A stretch of 64,000 nucleotides of DNA from Takakia lepidozioides (GCA_030704615.1 CM060733.1:18910001-18974000); one strand, 5' to 3'. Counted from the stretch's first letter, positions 11,650-24,718 are shown. Numbers and translations: made by a program. Notes: generated by a model not told the origin, from the sequence alone.

Positions 11650-13205
11650 TATTAGTACACGACAAAATTGGTTGTAGTTTTGTGAATTGTGTAACCAAGT
11701 GTATCCCTTTTTTCCATAGCGTGACAGGGCTGATTGATGTGGCCTTGCCCCACAAGAGCTTCCCGGTATTGCAGTTAAAGCTCCTCACAGCTGTAAGGCG
11801 GCTTCCTTATCGATACACATCCACGCGGCAAACATCGTTTTGGACAGTTGTCGCACCACCTCGCAAGTAGTTTTGTTTCCCCCACTCTCTCTCAGGGGGG
11901 CTAGCTTGATGTTCAATGATGGTGTTTGATGTCTGGGAAGAAATCACATGAACATAAATAATGATTTCCAAATAGTATGTTGATTATGGAGAATCGGTTA
12001 TCATTCTAGGTTTCTCCATTAGTTATGTTGTTCTTTAAGGACAGGGAGGGTCTGTGTGCAAAGAGAAGTTTGACGTTGGAGACATACTAAGAAGATTGTC
12101 AATTACTCGTTGAGCATGTAGCAAAAATCTCGACATTGGAGAATTTTGGGCTTGGTACCTACAAGCCAAGATGGACTGTATGCAGGAGCACGTCAGAGAC
12201 CGAGCATGGACCGGCCTCCTCCCAAACCATCTTCCGGATTTACACCATGCAAAAATCTGGCCAACAACTTCTTGTCAAATGTTGGTGGCGCCCACGCTGC
12301 ATTAGTGACAACTACAGCCCCCTGTTTCGGTCTATCCTTTTCCCTCTGCATGCTGTAGCGCTAACCTTGCCCTAAAACCAAACAAGCGTTTGGCAGGTCG
12401 TGCTAGTGTGTTAAGTGATAGTCATCGATCATGGAGATCACCAAAAGTAAGCTCCATATCCCTCTGGATCCTCAATGAATGTAAAGCCCAAAGCTCCATA
12501 TCTCCTCAAGATAAATGGCCTTCCATTTCTTCATATAGATATGACCTGCCGTAACCACATTCTCCGGCAACAAAGTCCAGTCATTGAACAAAGAAGCTTG
12601 TCTTCCTCCTTCTGACTCCCAACATATTAAAATCGCATTCCGCCTGTAGTTCGAGGATTGCTTTGAGGTGCCAGTAGGAAGGAATTGACACCTGGGGAAC
12701 ATGTCATGGGTCATCCTCATCGTGTCATGGGTCGTCTTCACATATCATACACAAGCTTCAGCTTTTGGTCCATATTGTCGTCCATCAACTTTGAAATATC
12801 TGCAAGATCCGGTTCAAACAATGAAATCAAACTTAGATTCACAAACAATGAAACAAAATAGTAACTACAAAGGAAAGTGAAAACATATTGAATTAAATCT
12901 CTAAATTATGGTGTGAACATACCTTTGGGTTGGACTGCCAGTTCTGGAACCACCACCTCCCTCTTCTCCTCTAGCAATCTTCGCTTGGCCCTGATAGCTA
13001 CCGTAAGGCCAATTTGCTCACCCACCAAAAGATCCAAGTGGTAATTTTCGATCATGGATTTGATTACAAAATCCACGTCCTCTTCTGTCATGTTGATTTG
13101 ATTCAACGTCCTCAATGTAAAGCCCACATGTGCCATGACTACCGCAGTTGACGGTTGGACCCTACAGTCCTCGAACAGCTCATCAAGATAAGTTAACATT
13201 GTCAT
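11650..13205 (-). pseudogene. LFY: LEAFY/FLORICAULA-derived locus: open SAM exon, disrupted DNA-binding domain
   Basis: Exon 13205-12923 LDELFEDCRVQPSTAVVMAHVGFTLRTL..MTEEDVDFVIKSMIENYHLDLLVGEQIGLTVAIRAKRRLLEE matches the LFY SAM domain. Exon 2 (12799-12088) holds DRPKQGAVVVT (~DRPREHPFIVT) and QCR/FLLHAQRVI (~QCREFLLQVQTI). Intron 12087-11933. Exon 3 holds CIDKEAALQL/RSF (~CLDEEASNALRRAF). Stops and frameshifts after the SAM exon. Confidence 0.8.
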
Positions 13206-15447
13206 GACTACTGGAACACAGAGAAGGTAAGACAGATTCATAGAAGCTCAATACACAATAACTCATTCCACGATGTAGCCATGACTAAGGTTTATTCCAC
13301 AATACCTTCAAATATCTGTGGTATAGCTATGAAACCCATACATGACTAAACTATGTACGTGCAGAGGTGCAGCCTAACATGAGGGCAAGAATGTAATGAA
13401 ATCTCACTATCTAGTAGAAAGTAGTCAATGCATAATGATCAAGACAAAAAAAATGTTACGGAAGCAAACCAGGCTTTTACTACCTAAAGAACCACAGTCT
13501 TTTGCGATGCACTGGTCTATCTACACATCGTAGAAACCCCGTCAGGATACATGCACTCCACCGTAGGCAACAGTAGGCCGTGATCGGGAAAAGCAGGCGA
13601 AACAGAAATTCAGAAGTCCTAAACACACTAGTGCCACGTAGAACTATGTGCTGTATTCTAACATCTCGGGAACAAACCCTCATGTAACTATTCTACTGTT
13701 TCATATATCTGTAACAGAATGTAGGTGCAGATTAAAGTCTGTTGCAGATACTCAAATCCACTGAATGTAGTTTCATTGCATCTAAACTATTTGTGTTGCA
13801 AACTTAAAACAAAAAAATATCACATATGAATCCAACAATGCACGAGTGCAATCACAATACAAGAAAAAACCGAGATCCCACACTACGTCAGTTGTTGCAA
13901 ATCATGAAGCCAAGTTCCAAATGAATTCTCGATGTGACGTCCCGTTAAATATACGTGAAATACGTGAAATGATTGAAGGCAGCTACGTGTATTTATTGCT
14001 AATCCATCATACCCCTTGTGTGACTCAAAATCGCAAGTGTCTTGCGGTGTTTCCAAAATGGACAACCAAGTTCCCTTCTATCTATCTTTGCAGGATTTGG
14101 AATTCAAACCACATATATGCTGATGGTATGTAGGCTGCACAATATGGGGGCCCAGCTTGCACACAAACGCACTCGCATCGCAAACACAGTGGCATAGTTC
14201 CAAATTCATCTGAGCTCAGTGCAAGGCTACATACTGCAATCAACTGCACATTTGTAGGATTCCTAAAAAACATCATTTTTGAAGTCGCCAAGCCTGCGGT
14301 CTACGAGTGCGATTTGCGAAAAATGGACTTTGCGATTTGTGATATGCGATTTGCGATTTGCACAAGTATTTGCTCTGAGTTGGTGAATCTCATCCATGCA
14401 TTATTCAAAGACATTTGCGACATCATGTACAATGTATTATTGCCCCTTTCATGAGCATGAGCCCCACTCCCAATTTTGTTCATTTCTTCAATTCATATAT
14501 GCAGTTTTCCTCGTGTGTATTTCTCCCTTGTGCGGGTTATTCTTGGGTTTGTTGGAAAATTGTTCTATTAGACAATGCAGCCATTGTAGGCTAGTACAAC
14601 TCCAGTGTTTCTCTCCATATGGACTCTTGTAAGAATGTGTTTGCAAGTGGAGGAAAAATGGTATCTGTGAGCGAAAATGGGCGTTGATATCATTGAGCTT
14701 TTGCAGTTTACATCGTATGCTACAAATCTCCATGTAAATGAGCTATGAGATTGTTTGAAACTTTAACAAATGATTGGTTGCAACCTTGGATACTACCACA
14801 CTTGTACTTGTTGGCTTTATTTAGCATTTGAAGGAATTCCCTCCACAACTAGAATATGGAGCTAAGGAAATATATCCTAGCCAGTGACTGAAGCTCAATC
14901 TAAGCAACTGGTAAGTTTGGTCACAGTTTGGTGAACTACAATTCAGACTTTGACCCTCTTATCCTTGTACCTAAAACAAAGGGTTTGCTTCTTCCCCAAC
15001 AGGGTTGTTTTATTTTCCACTAGTATCCTACTTGCGAAAACACTAGTAGAAGATGGCTCATCTCAAGAGGGACCAAATTATTCCTTGAAGCCCTCAATCT
15101 TCGGCTTTGCTCAAGTTTCTCAGGAGTAGGTAGGAAGATAATGTCCGGTCAAAATTTTAAAACCTTGATTTCGTAAATTACAGCAATTTTCCACCCAAGT
15201 GGTACTCATCTTGAACTCACCCACTGGGCGTTTAGGGGTTAATATAGCTAGTCAAGGACTTTTTTACTTCGTCAGGCTTCAAATTTGGTGAACGAGCTTT
15301 TGAGTTCCATGTCTTGGACACTAGAAAAGCATCTGAATTCTTATAAACAGGCCCTGGAATTCACCTGGAATTCCTATAATCAATCTCATCTCATTGTCAA
15401 ATAACGATGAGGACTCTCCTCTATCTACACATCCACCACTTTAGTGA

Positions 15448-15528
15448 GAGAAGACTCCGGCCGAAGCCGGCATAACTAAGAGCCACTTCGCCTCACGGCT
15501 ACTGCCCCCTTTCGGGGGTGGGCCCTAT
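15448..15528 (-). mobile_element. 81-bp retroposed structured element with 14-bp TSD
   Basis: TSD CACCACTTTAGTGA at 15434-15447 and 15529-15542; related copies at ~8726-8772, ~34516-34590 and ~44320-44386. Confidence 0.75.
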
Positions 15529-15848
15529 CACCACTTTAGTGACACTACTTGAAACATGGATTGTAAAATGGCATACTGATGCAATGTGGTACATAAATCA
15601 AATCTGGTAAGACAATAGTGAACAAAATTTAACCTCCTATTGCAATCAAGAATCAGTGGCCCCATTGCTTGAATTTGTGGCTTGGATGGATGCCTGGCAA
15701 CTGAGAGTATATATTCTTCCTTGCGAATGTTGGCTTGCCTTAGCCTTCCAGCCATTGATGGAACTGATATCATCCCCGAGTTTTTATTGCAAAGTCTAGA
15801 TTTGTTTTTTCTTGTGTTTATGGATGAAAGGGCATACTATGAAGACTA

Positions 15849-16603
15849 GGGTAGAGGCACCGTTCATGGCGCATGTGCCTATTCGAGGATTTTGGCGAGC
15901 CCCTAGTGGCGCTCAAAAGTGCAAGAAAGTATGCCCATTTTTGGAACGTGTCAGGGTGGGGTGCGCCATGATAGGCCAGCAAGCTTAAGAGGAATGAACT
16001 ACACTACACCATTCATGAAATCACTTTACACTCAAATTATCCTAGGTATATGAACTTTACTGGAAATTGTTCCAAACTACAAAATGCTGGGGCTCATCAA
16101 GAGCTTTCCAATGGTATCTTTATTTCCTAAAATGGTTAAAGTCCAACTTACCAAATGAGCAATATATCTTGTGCGCCATGATGGCCCACTTGCTTTACCC
16201 TTAAATTGCTATAGGTAGATGTCCTCAAATGAAAATTGCTCCAACTACAAAAAAATGGGCCACATTAAGCGCTTTCCAAAAAAAAAAAGAAAAAAAGAAA
16301 AAAAGTGCTTTCCAATGGTATTTTTGGATTTTATTTTGGTTACCATCTTAGTTAGAAAAGATATTAATGAGATATGAATGAGTCATGATTGGAACAAGGT
16401 GCGCCACAGGCTGACATTGACATTCTCTACTTCCATCCACTTTTAATAGCAGATAAAGTCAGAATCTCGTTTAACTTTCAACTAATAAAAGTTGTGTTAT
16501 CTTAAGAGCTTTCTGTTAAGGTATTACATGATCTCATAGGTTAAAAGCACAAAAAGTTATTAAATTTACCCATTTTCCTACGCCGTGAAGAGTGCTTCTA
16601 CCC
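15849..16603. mobile_element. Non-autonomous Tc1/mariner-pogo-type MITE
   Basis: TA on both sides; imperfect 25-bp TIRs GGGTAGAGGCACCGTTCATGGCGCA vs GGGTAGAAGCACTCTTCACGGCGTA (reverse complement); internal direct repeats. Confidence 0.7.
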
Positions 16604-16939
16604 TATGGTTTCTTGTAAGCACATGGTTCAATATCACTGGACAAAAGGGGAGGGCTCTTCCTTTCTGTGGAGAAAAATGTCTCAGATGATATGGTGTTGT
16701 TGGTAGTCTGTGTCTGAGACCCATGTATTCATGATAATAAAGTCCAACTCAGGGCCGGGTTGGAAATCACTCAGAATTACAGCACCAATAATCATTCTTG
16801 CTGGTAGTGCAGATGCTAAGTTGTTGAAGGTTGAATCAGTACCTGTAATTTTCCAATTTTTTTCTTGGTTCAAATGCTTGTTTATGCTTCTGATGACTGC
16901 TTGGATCTGCAACTGTGTAAGGGAGATACAATCCCAAGG

Positions 16940-17370
16940 AATGCAACAGAGGATGATCAAATTTCTCATTTTCTCATCTTCCATTACACTTGTATGGCAA
17001 ACCAAACTCAAATCCAATTTTCTGCAATTCAGGCATGCATTAGCATCCTCACAGTAATAAACTTCCACCGATAGGGACAGATGGCACATAGACTACTGCT
17101 TGATTGGAGCCATACAGGCAAGGGGAAAGTAACCGCAGTCATGAGCTGTAATGTTGAGCTCAATGGGCTGGGCATCGATGCATAGAAATGTCGAGGCATG
17201 GCTTGTGAGATTAAGGCATGCCGTGAAACATCCTTTGCATCTCGGAGCAATTGTCGTGCATGCCCTCTGACATCTTGGAAGCACCTCTTCGAACTTTTAC
17301 GGCTTAAGCGTTTGTTGACGGATGAGTAGCCATCACAACAGCCAATACTTCGTGTGCTGTGAAAAGCTGT
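16940..17370 (-). pseudogene. Possible relic of a SOQ1/NHLRC2-like C-terminal domain
   Basis: KRLSRKSS, then in another frame FLCIDAQPIELNI...KQ*SMCHLSLSVEVYYCEDANACL, resembling recalled SOQ1 KRLRKRAS...FVVDVEPENAV...CKVYYCKEDEVCL. Confidence 0.3.
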
Positions 17371-17761
17371 TACAATGTGGCTAGTCCTCACTAAAATCAG
17401 ATCTGTTGGAATGGATCACAAAATCATGAATCATGTCAAGGCTTTTGTCCTCCAGGGACTTGAGTCCAGCTCCCTGCCAAGATCAGCTAGGAGAATCAGA
17501 TGGGGCTTTTGGAAATTTGATGGGCATCAGGAGCACAAAGTTCAAAGAGTATTATGCTGGCCAGCATTAGTGAGAAATCCAAAGATCTGCAGAATTTTGT
17601 GGCAATCATGTCTGCCATGTCAGCCTTCAGGCAAACTAACACAAGATCTCACTACCAGCCTTGATGCATCGTTGACCCAGCAGTGCAGACACAAGAGAAG
17701 GTGAACGAGAGATACGACAATACACACATGGACAACCAGGAAGCCAGCAGAACTTGACTAC

Positions 17762-20080
17762 CTACCTTAATTCCGCTTTTCTGATAAGGACATAGATGGC
17801 AACACGAGTGCTTTGATAGTCGGGATGACAGTCTGTTTCCAGCACTCTTCCTAAAACAAAGTGCTTCAATGCGCATCTGAAGAAACACTCCAGTACTGCA
17901 TCTGCCATAAATGCATACCCAGAACATTGTGAATCCTCATTGCCTGTTTTGGTATCAAAGCCACATTTCTCACTCCTTGTATTGATATTTAAATCTCTGA
18001 CCTTGTACTGCAAGGTATTATGCGGTCTGTACATTGACTAATACTCATTTTAGAATTTGATTATTGCACTGCGCAAAACATGCTAACAACAAGTGTTCTG
18101 ATTCCAGGTTGCAATGGGATGTTAATACAAGACAACGTCACAGACAAACCAGACTTCATTCGGAACTTGAGAATCCTAAATTTGCTAGACACGCCTAAAA
18201 AAGGTCCACAAACCTCAGAACGCAAAAGGGGTGCTGACTATTCACAACACTAAATCTTAGGAAGTGAAAGTGATGAGCCTAAGAGCAAGTTATTCATCCA
18301 TTTTCCAAAAATCAGCACCTTCAAAATTTATGGCCATTTGAACAGGAAAAGGAAAGGAAGGCCAAAACAATGTACCATTGCGGAGCTCTCCTGCAAGTAA
18401 CACAGTAGTGTGGAAGCCACAAAGACCTTGTAGCGTGTCCAGGAGATGTGGCACAACCTCTTCACTGTAAACCACATCAGATGCCACCACTGCCAACCCC
18501 ATCACATCCACCCAAACTGTTACTTCGGATCTGCCTGAGGTAGCGCAGTAAGCAGCTGCATTAAATGTCTAAATTGTGCGTCTTTGGCGTCAATTAGTTC
18601 TTTAAGGGTGGCTAGCATTTAATGAGCTTGAGAGAACTATGATTGATACGTAACTGACAGTTTCAACTCAATAAAATGTCAATCGAGATGATCTAGAGCA
18701 AAACCAACAAGGTGAACTTCAGAGTGAAAAACACACACATTGGTGGATATCAATAAGCAAAAAAAGGCAATCCTCCCAAGACTGTTAAAACAAAGACAAG
18801 AACGAACCAAAATCTGGAAGAGGCTCTACAAAGTCCTTGTCAAGGTTATCGCCCCATGTTAGCTCCCGCACACATGCGCTACCGCACCTTGACAAAGAGC
18901 GTATGTTTTCGTCTACGTTCTTTTGAAGTAACCGTAAGCGATCCGGTAGATCAGTCAATATCACATGTGCCCCTAGCAATGCAGCCACACACCTGATCCA
19001 TCCCCACTCTTTCCAAGGTCAATAAGAACAAGAGTTTTTTAGTTAACTAGTCACCTAACTTTCAACATCTGAAATGCAAAGTTTCCCTCAATCGGAAGTT
19101 GAAACTATCAAGTCTAAAAAGGACAACTGCCTTTGACAAGATGTGTTACTGCCAATCCCATGGGTGTTGCTACCAGCAAACTGAACAACACGCAATATTG
19201 GTCAAAGGATTCCTATGGAGATATGAGTAGAAGCTGTATAGTCCACATCTCCCTGTAGCATTACAGCCCACACTCTTTGCAAAATAGTCCACACATTCAA
19301 TTTTCACTTCTGATACTGCTGCGACAATCTCAATCCACCCAGAGTACAAGAGAGGGGATAAAAAGTACCCTACAAGACCACATCCGGCTCCCAATTCGAT
19401 GCATTTTTTGCCTTGTATTTTCAAACCATGTTTGTCTGCTGCATGCTCCAGAATCTTGGCTAAAACAACTCCACTGTCCCACATAACTCCACCAGTAACC
19501 CCTGGCGTGGCCTGTTCATCGTGCAAGGCCAGATCTCACCACAGCCTCCCATCTCTCAAAGTCTTCCCATTTACTGAAATTTCCCAACCCAAATGTCGTA
19601 GGCCTGGATTGCATTTGATTCCATGTAATGAGGATATAGAGGATATATGAAAACCCACAGACAAAGAAGCTACTTACATGCCTCCGTCATACTGCTGAAC
19701 TTTATCTAACTTTCCATGACCCCTTGACGATCCAATTTACACCATACTAAGATCCAATTGATATGAAACACATGTACAGGTTCTAAAAAACCCACATACC
19801 ATCATCCCAGCTGCAAATTGGGAGTTTGGAAAAGGAGGGAACAAACCAAAGATGATGGAGACTGCATGATGTCAAGCTGCTGGCCACATGCATCCAGGTG
19901 CAAATGCACCGATGTGTGAAGCACAAACGCATTCTGGCGAGCTGAAGTGGGTTGTCGGAAAGCCCACAGCAGCATAGTTTCTTCAGCTCCATCTTCGACC
20001 AAGCGCACGGGTGCCTGAAACGCACCCAATTGCACCATCACCCCATCCCCATCATCCTCACGCTCAATTTCTTCGGCCAT
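17762..20080 (-). CDS. METTL21-like protein N-lysine methyltransferase (At1g73320-like), 5 exons
   Basis: Exons 20080-19847, 19511-19369, 18992-18808, 18489-18376, 17901-17762. Motifs TPGVTGGVMWDSG, ELGAGCG, LTDLP, ELTWG, ASDVVY. Confidence 0.9.
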
Positions 20081-20348
20081 GCCTCTTGCACTCGTCCAAA
20101 GTTCAAAGCTTCGCTTCTTCCGTATTGTCCACTCACATATAACCATGGTTAGGTTAACGCTGTCGTGAGATTAGGGTTTCCGTGGCGCCGTCAGAGCGTC
20201 TCCGGAAGCCTTCTTGTGTTCCTCGCTGCCACAATTGCGTTCTTTTTCGCTCTGGGCTCTTGCGCATCGATTGTCTCTGCTTCTCTTGTCGAGTGAGAGT
20301 GAGCAGGAAGAGAGAGAGAGAGAGCCCTTGCGACACCGAACTGCAAGG
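20081..20348. promoter_or_regulatory. Bidirectional promoter between METTL21-like and RPS29
   Basis: 268 bp between divergent ATGs; telo-box TTAGGGTTT at ~20171-20179 and a GA repeat at ~20308-20324. Confidence 0.6.
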
Positions 20349-21264
20349 ATGGGTCATGCAGCAGTGTGGAACTCTCATCCCAAAAAGTTCGGGCCTGGTT
20401 CTCGCACCTGGTATGATCTCTTTGTTTCTCTTTCTCCCCTTCCCCCACCCCATCTCTATCCCTCTCTCTCCGGTTGCTTGTGTACCCATCTTGTGCAGTG
20501 AAATGCTGGTATTGTTTTGATGAATGGCCTCATGTGACTGCTACTTGTCAAGGAGAATCTGCTAGGGAAACATCGGTGTGGCTTTACTTCGATTTTCCCT
20601 TTTAAGTTTTGGAATCTGAAGATTGAGCTATAAGGCGTCATATGGGTTTCCCGTTAGGACATTGAACTCATGTATATTGAACCTGCCGTGGCCTCTGTTG
20701 AGGTACGTGTTTATTAGCTTGGTTCTCCGACTATCGCTTAAGCTAGTGTTTCCTGCGCGGACCTGGAAATAATTGGTTCTTGACTAAGTAGACTTTAGAG
20801 CCAATTAGCTGGTGCGCATGTGCGAGTGTGTCTCTCATATTGGATTTGATTCTGAGACTTGTGCTGGGGCCTGGCCGTGCAGCCGGGTGTGCGGGAATGG
20901 CCATGGCCTGATCCGCAAGTATGGTATCAACACATGCCGGCAGTGTTTTCGCATCTACTCCAAGGACATCGGCTTTGTGAAGGTATCTTGCCCCACTTCT
21001 CTCTCGGGTTTTCGACACTGCACAATGAGTGTCTGTCTGAAAACTGCACCCCATACATGTTCTCTACTTCTGTACATTAAGAGGCAATACAGAATTTCGA
21101 ATTAGACTGCGAGTTTTGTGAACTTACATATCACCGTTCTTTCCTGCTCCATGAAGGCGTTTGTGCGCACTTATGTCAAGGTCAGACAGAAGGAAGCTAT
21201 ATGTCGATGTCTGAACCCTGTCTAATTGTTTCTGGTGCTGCTGATGTCTTTACAGTACCGGTAA
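20349..21264 (+). CDS. RPS29: 40S ribosomal protein S29 (uS14), 3 exons, 56 aa
   Basis: Exons 20349-20410, 20883-20982, 21256-21264: [56 protein letters not shown]. Confidence 0.95.
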
Positions 21265-22392
21265 TCGTTTTGAAGATTCAGGCTGTCAACGGGTTGGATG
21301 TGAATTTGCATTATGGACCAGATCATACTGAGGCTTGAAGCATGGCCACTTGAGGGCCTGCGCATATGGCTTTTTCTGAATGTTCAATCCCAGAGTTGGA
21401 ATTTTTGATATAGGAGAAAATAAAAGTGAGTCCTGTTCAATGCTGAGAGTTAAGTTGGTTGTACATTCTTGTGGGTATTACTGTGTCGATGTTATTCTGT
21501 GCAATATTGTATCTTTTGGGCAGAATTGGATATTATTAGCTGCATTTGCAATGGGAATATACTGTACTGTCTGCATGCCAAGGGTATTGTATAGAATTTT
21601 GTGTACTCGGCTTTCTTGCATGTACATGTTCTCTCCTGTCAGCAGTTTACCCCGCGATTACCTTGTACACATGGAATCTCCACTTTTACTCCGGAGGGAT
21701 GTGGGGGTGTGGAAAAGCTAGGGTTCAGTAGATCTGACTCGGCATTGATTCCTCATCTTTTTCACTTCATCATTGATTTGGCAGCACTAAATGTTTAAAA
21801 CAGATGCCTTACTGATTGTCACATCACAAAAATCTTCAATGGTGCTGGGGATAGGCCCAGCTATCTGTGCCTTGGACACCATGGGTTGCTGAAGAATTCA
21901 GTTGGCATTAGTATTGTGTAGTATTGCGGTAGTATTGTAGTCATTTCTGACCTGTTGAGAATCTCTTCCGCTAAGAACCTTAGAAAGAACTGACATGGCT
22001 GGTCATAAATTTGAAGATTCCCTGTCTGTACATATCTCTCAAAACTCTGCGTACTCTCAACAGCTCACCACTTCCCACTCGAGCTAAGTCTCCAGCAGGC
22101 CTGCTGGTAGTAATGAAATGACTTAAGCCCCACTCCTCTTGTTGACCAATTTGAGGTAATTTTAATCTGATTCTGGCAGTTAATTGTCAGAGAAGTGAAT
22201 AACTGAATGCCATGGCAAACCAACAGGTTGCTCCAACTGTGTTCTGCCTCAGATTATTCCATTGCACTCCCACGCTAGTTGATTCTGGAAATGCAGGTAG
22301 CAGCACTTCTTCCCAACAGGCCTGTAACACCTTGGAAAACCTTGGAAAACCTCTCTTCACATGTGCATAACAATCAAATGCACTCAGGTACC

Positions 22393-24718
22393 TCAAGTTG
22401 TGACAGTCCTCTCAACAAGGAAAACGTTGCCCTTGTCATCTCGACCCACTCTGAGCATCTCATCCACATATCTAAGCTGAAGTTAAGGTTGTGCGTAGAC
22501 ATTCATAGAGCCCATCTATTTACCATGACACCAAAACAGTAAGATGAAGGATACGTGATTTCCAGCCAGCCTTCTGGATTAAAGATACTCAAGAGCACAT
22601 CGTAGTTCTTCCGAAACAAGCTCAGCAGCTGTTCCACCATGGCAATTTCATGGATTAGCATAGGAAAAACCAAGCTATCTTTCTCTAAATGGCAAAAGAT
22701 ATGGAGAGACCTACCTGTTCTGGTACGATGGATGACTTCTCGAAGTGTATATTGACACGCTGCACTCACACCCAACATGAGTAAGAGACTTGCCTCACAC
22801 CCATATGACATACACAGTCACTCTTCCTAGTTACATTGCACAGAACTTGTATGCAAAGCCACCTCAGATATTCAAGCAACACCCTAGGGGAAAATTCTAG
22901 TTAAGTCTGTGATTTCAGCATGAACTTCTACTCTGAGAATTAGTACGAACCGTAGGGGAAGCAATGGTGTAAGAAGCTTCAATTGTGAAAGAGCCTGTAA
23001 GCGCGCGAAGTCCCACCACACTAAACCCAACTTTGTTCACAGCCGTCTTCTGCTCTTAGGAGGTTCAAAGCGATAGTCAACACTTGGCAGATTCTTGTGG
23101 ATTACAGTCAAGACAAAAGGCCTTTATTCTAAATGCAATTGTCTGACTGGCTCAACAACCAGAACAATAACGACAAACAACACCTCTAGAACAAATTACC
23201 AGGCTCAGATAAGCCATTTCTATGCACAGAGACACAACAGAGTGAAGGAAGGGCCCCGAGGAGAGGAGAACCATGAACTAACCTGATCGACATCAATGAC
23301 TTGCAAAAAGTCCTCCAATTTGATGAAATCCCTCAGCCCCAACTTTGTCCTCTTGGAACCCAATATAGAAATGGTGCTATACAGAAGTTTCCACTCACCT
23401 TTCACCTGGAACACTTTCGCTGGTCAAGCTTCATTCACCATCTTTTCCACAACTACATAATACAAAAAGTTACAAAGACACCAAATTGCAAAGACTTACA
23501 ACTCCTACTTGTCAGTCAAATGTGATAGAAGCACAGATAGCAAGCTGCCTGTTGCTACCTTGTCCAAATTATCAGTGGGCCTAGGATATGGATTTGACGC
23601 CTCAAGCAGCTGGAGCAGCCTCTCCACTTCAGCCTTGTGTGCTGCCTGGACCCCAAAGATGCCCCTGTTCAAGCCTGCACACATCAAGTATCACCACTTC
23701 AGCGCTGACTCAGCAACCACCTCAACAGCACGGCCTGCCTTTGGGACCTGCTGTAACCACTAGTGGATCTTACCAAACTCAAGCTCTGGGGTGTAGAGCA
23801 GTCCCCAGCAGGATATAACTATCCGCTACATGCAGAGGGCAGGGGAGACATAAAAGAGAGAGAGACGTTGGGAGGTAGTTTGAGGAAGAGGACAAGTTTG
23901 CAAACATTCTAAGTCTTACTTGCATAACCCTCACAATACCACTCACCTCTTGGAGCCAACAACCAGCTAACACCATGCTCATCAAGCTTTACCACCCCAT
24001 GTTGCAAACCACCGGAAGGAATTCCTTAGAAATGATGCTGCAAGTTGGAATTGTACTGACTTCTGTCAGACAATGATTCATGTTTCAAAGGCTGGACGGA
24101 GAATAAGAAATTGAGCCAGAAGTAGCTCCAAATGCATTGAACTGTGGCTTCCATATTTGTTGCCAACAATCTGCTCATCGGCTGTCTATATGATGGTTTC
24201 TATTGCTTACACATGTACTGGCTTGATATATAGAATTTCATATCTCAAGTCAGGTATGCTTTAACTGCGTTGTGGATTCTCTGCTTATCCCACGACCTGC
24301 ATTTGAGCATTCGATAGTCATTCTGAACAAAGGTTTGTGAGGCTACTACACCTTCAACAGCCGCCAGCAATGCGCCTTTCACGTCATCAATGCCTGCAAA
24401 CTCTCTGCTGCTACTCTCAAGGTTGGCTGCCTGAACAGCCCCCTGCATGGTCAGTGAGCTCTCTGAATCGCTGAGCCCATTGCATATCCACCTTCGAAAT
24501 CCTCTCCAGCTCAGCTCCTTTCTTACAGAAAATGCAGAGTCCTTGAACCTGCATCGCTCACCTAGCCGTATTCCATAATGTCGTAGTCCCCCATACACTC
24601 TCCTTCCTGTCGGAAACTCATTGATGTGCTTATGAATATCTTGATGGAAACTTCGACTCCTTTGTATCCATAAAGAGCTAAACGGGCGAGCCAAAGCCAG
24701 TGAGAAGGAGGTCGCCAT
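22393..24718 (-). CDS. FBN5: Plastid fibrillin FBN5, 7 exons
   Basis: Exons 24718-24352, 23674-23559, 23405-23283, 23049-22951, 22759-22715, 22628-22555, 22471-22393. Motifs [59 protein letters not shown]. Confidence 0.9.

Noticed and set aside
15448-15528. Hammerhead or HDV-like ribozyme assignment
   Set aside because: No CUGAUGA core, and the HDV P1/P1.1 pairing could not be built by eye.
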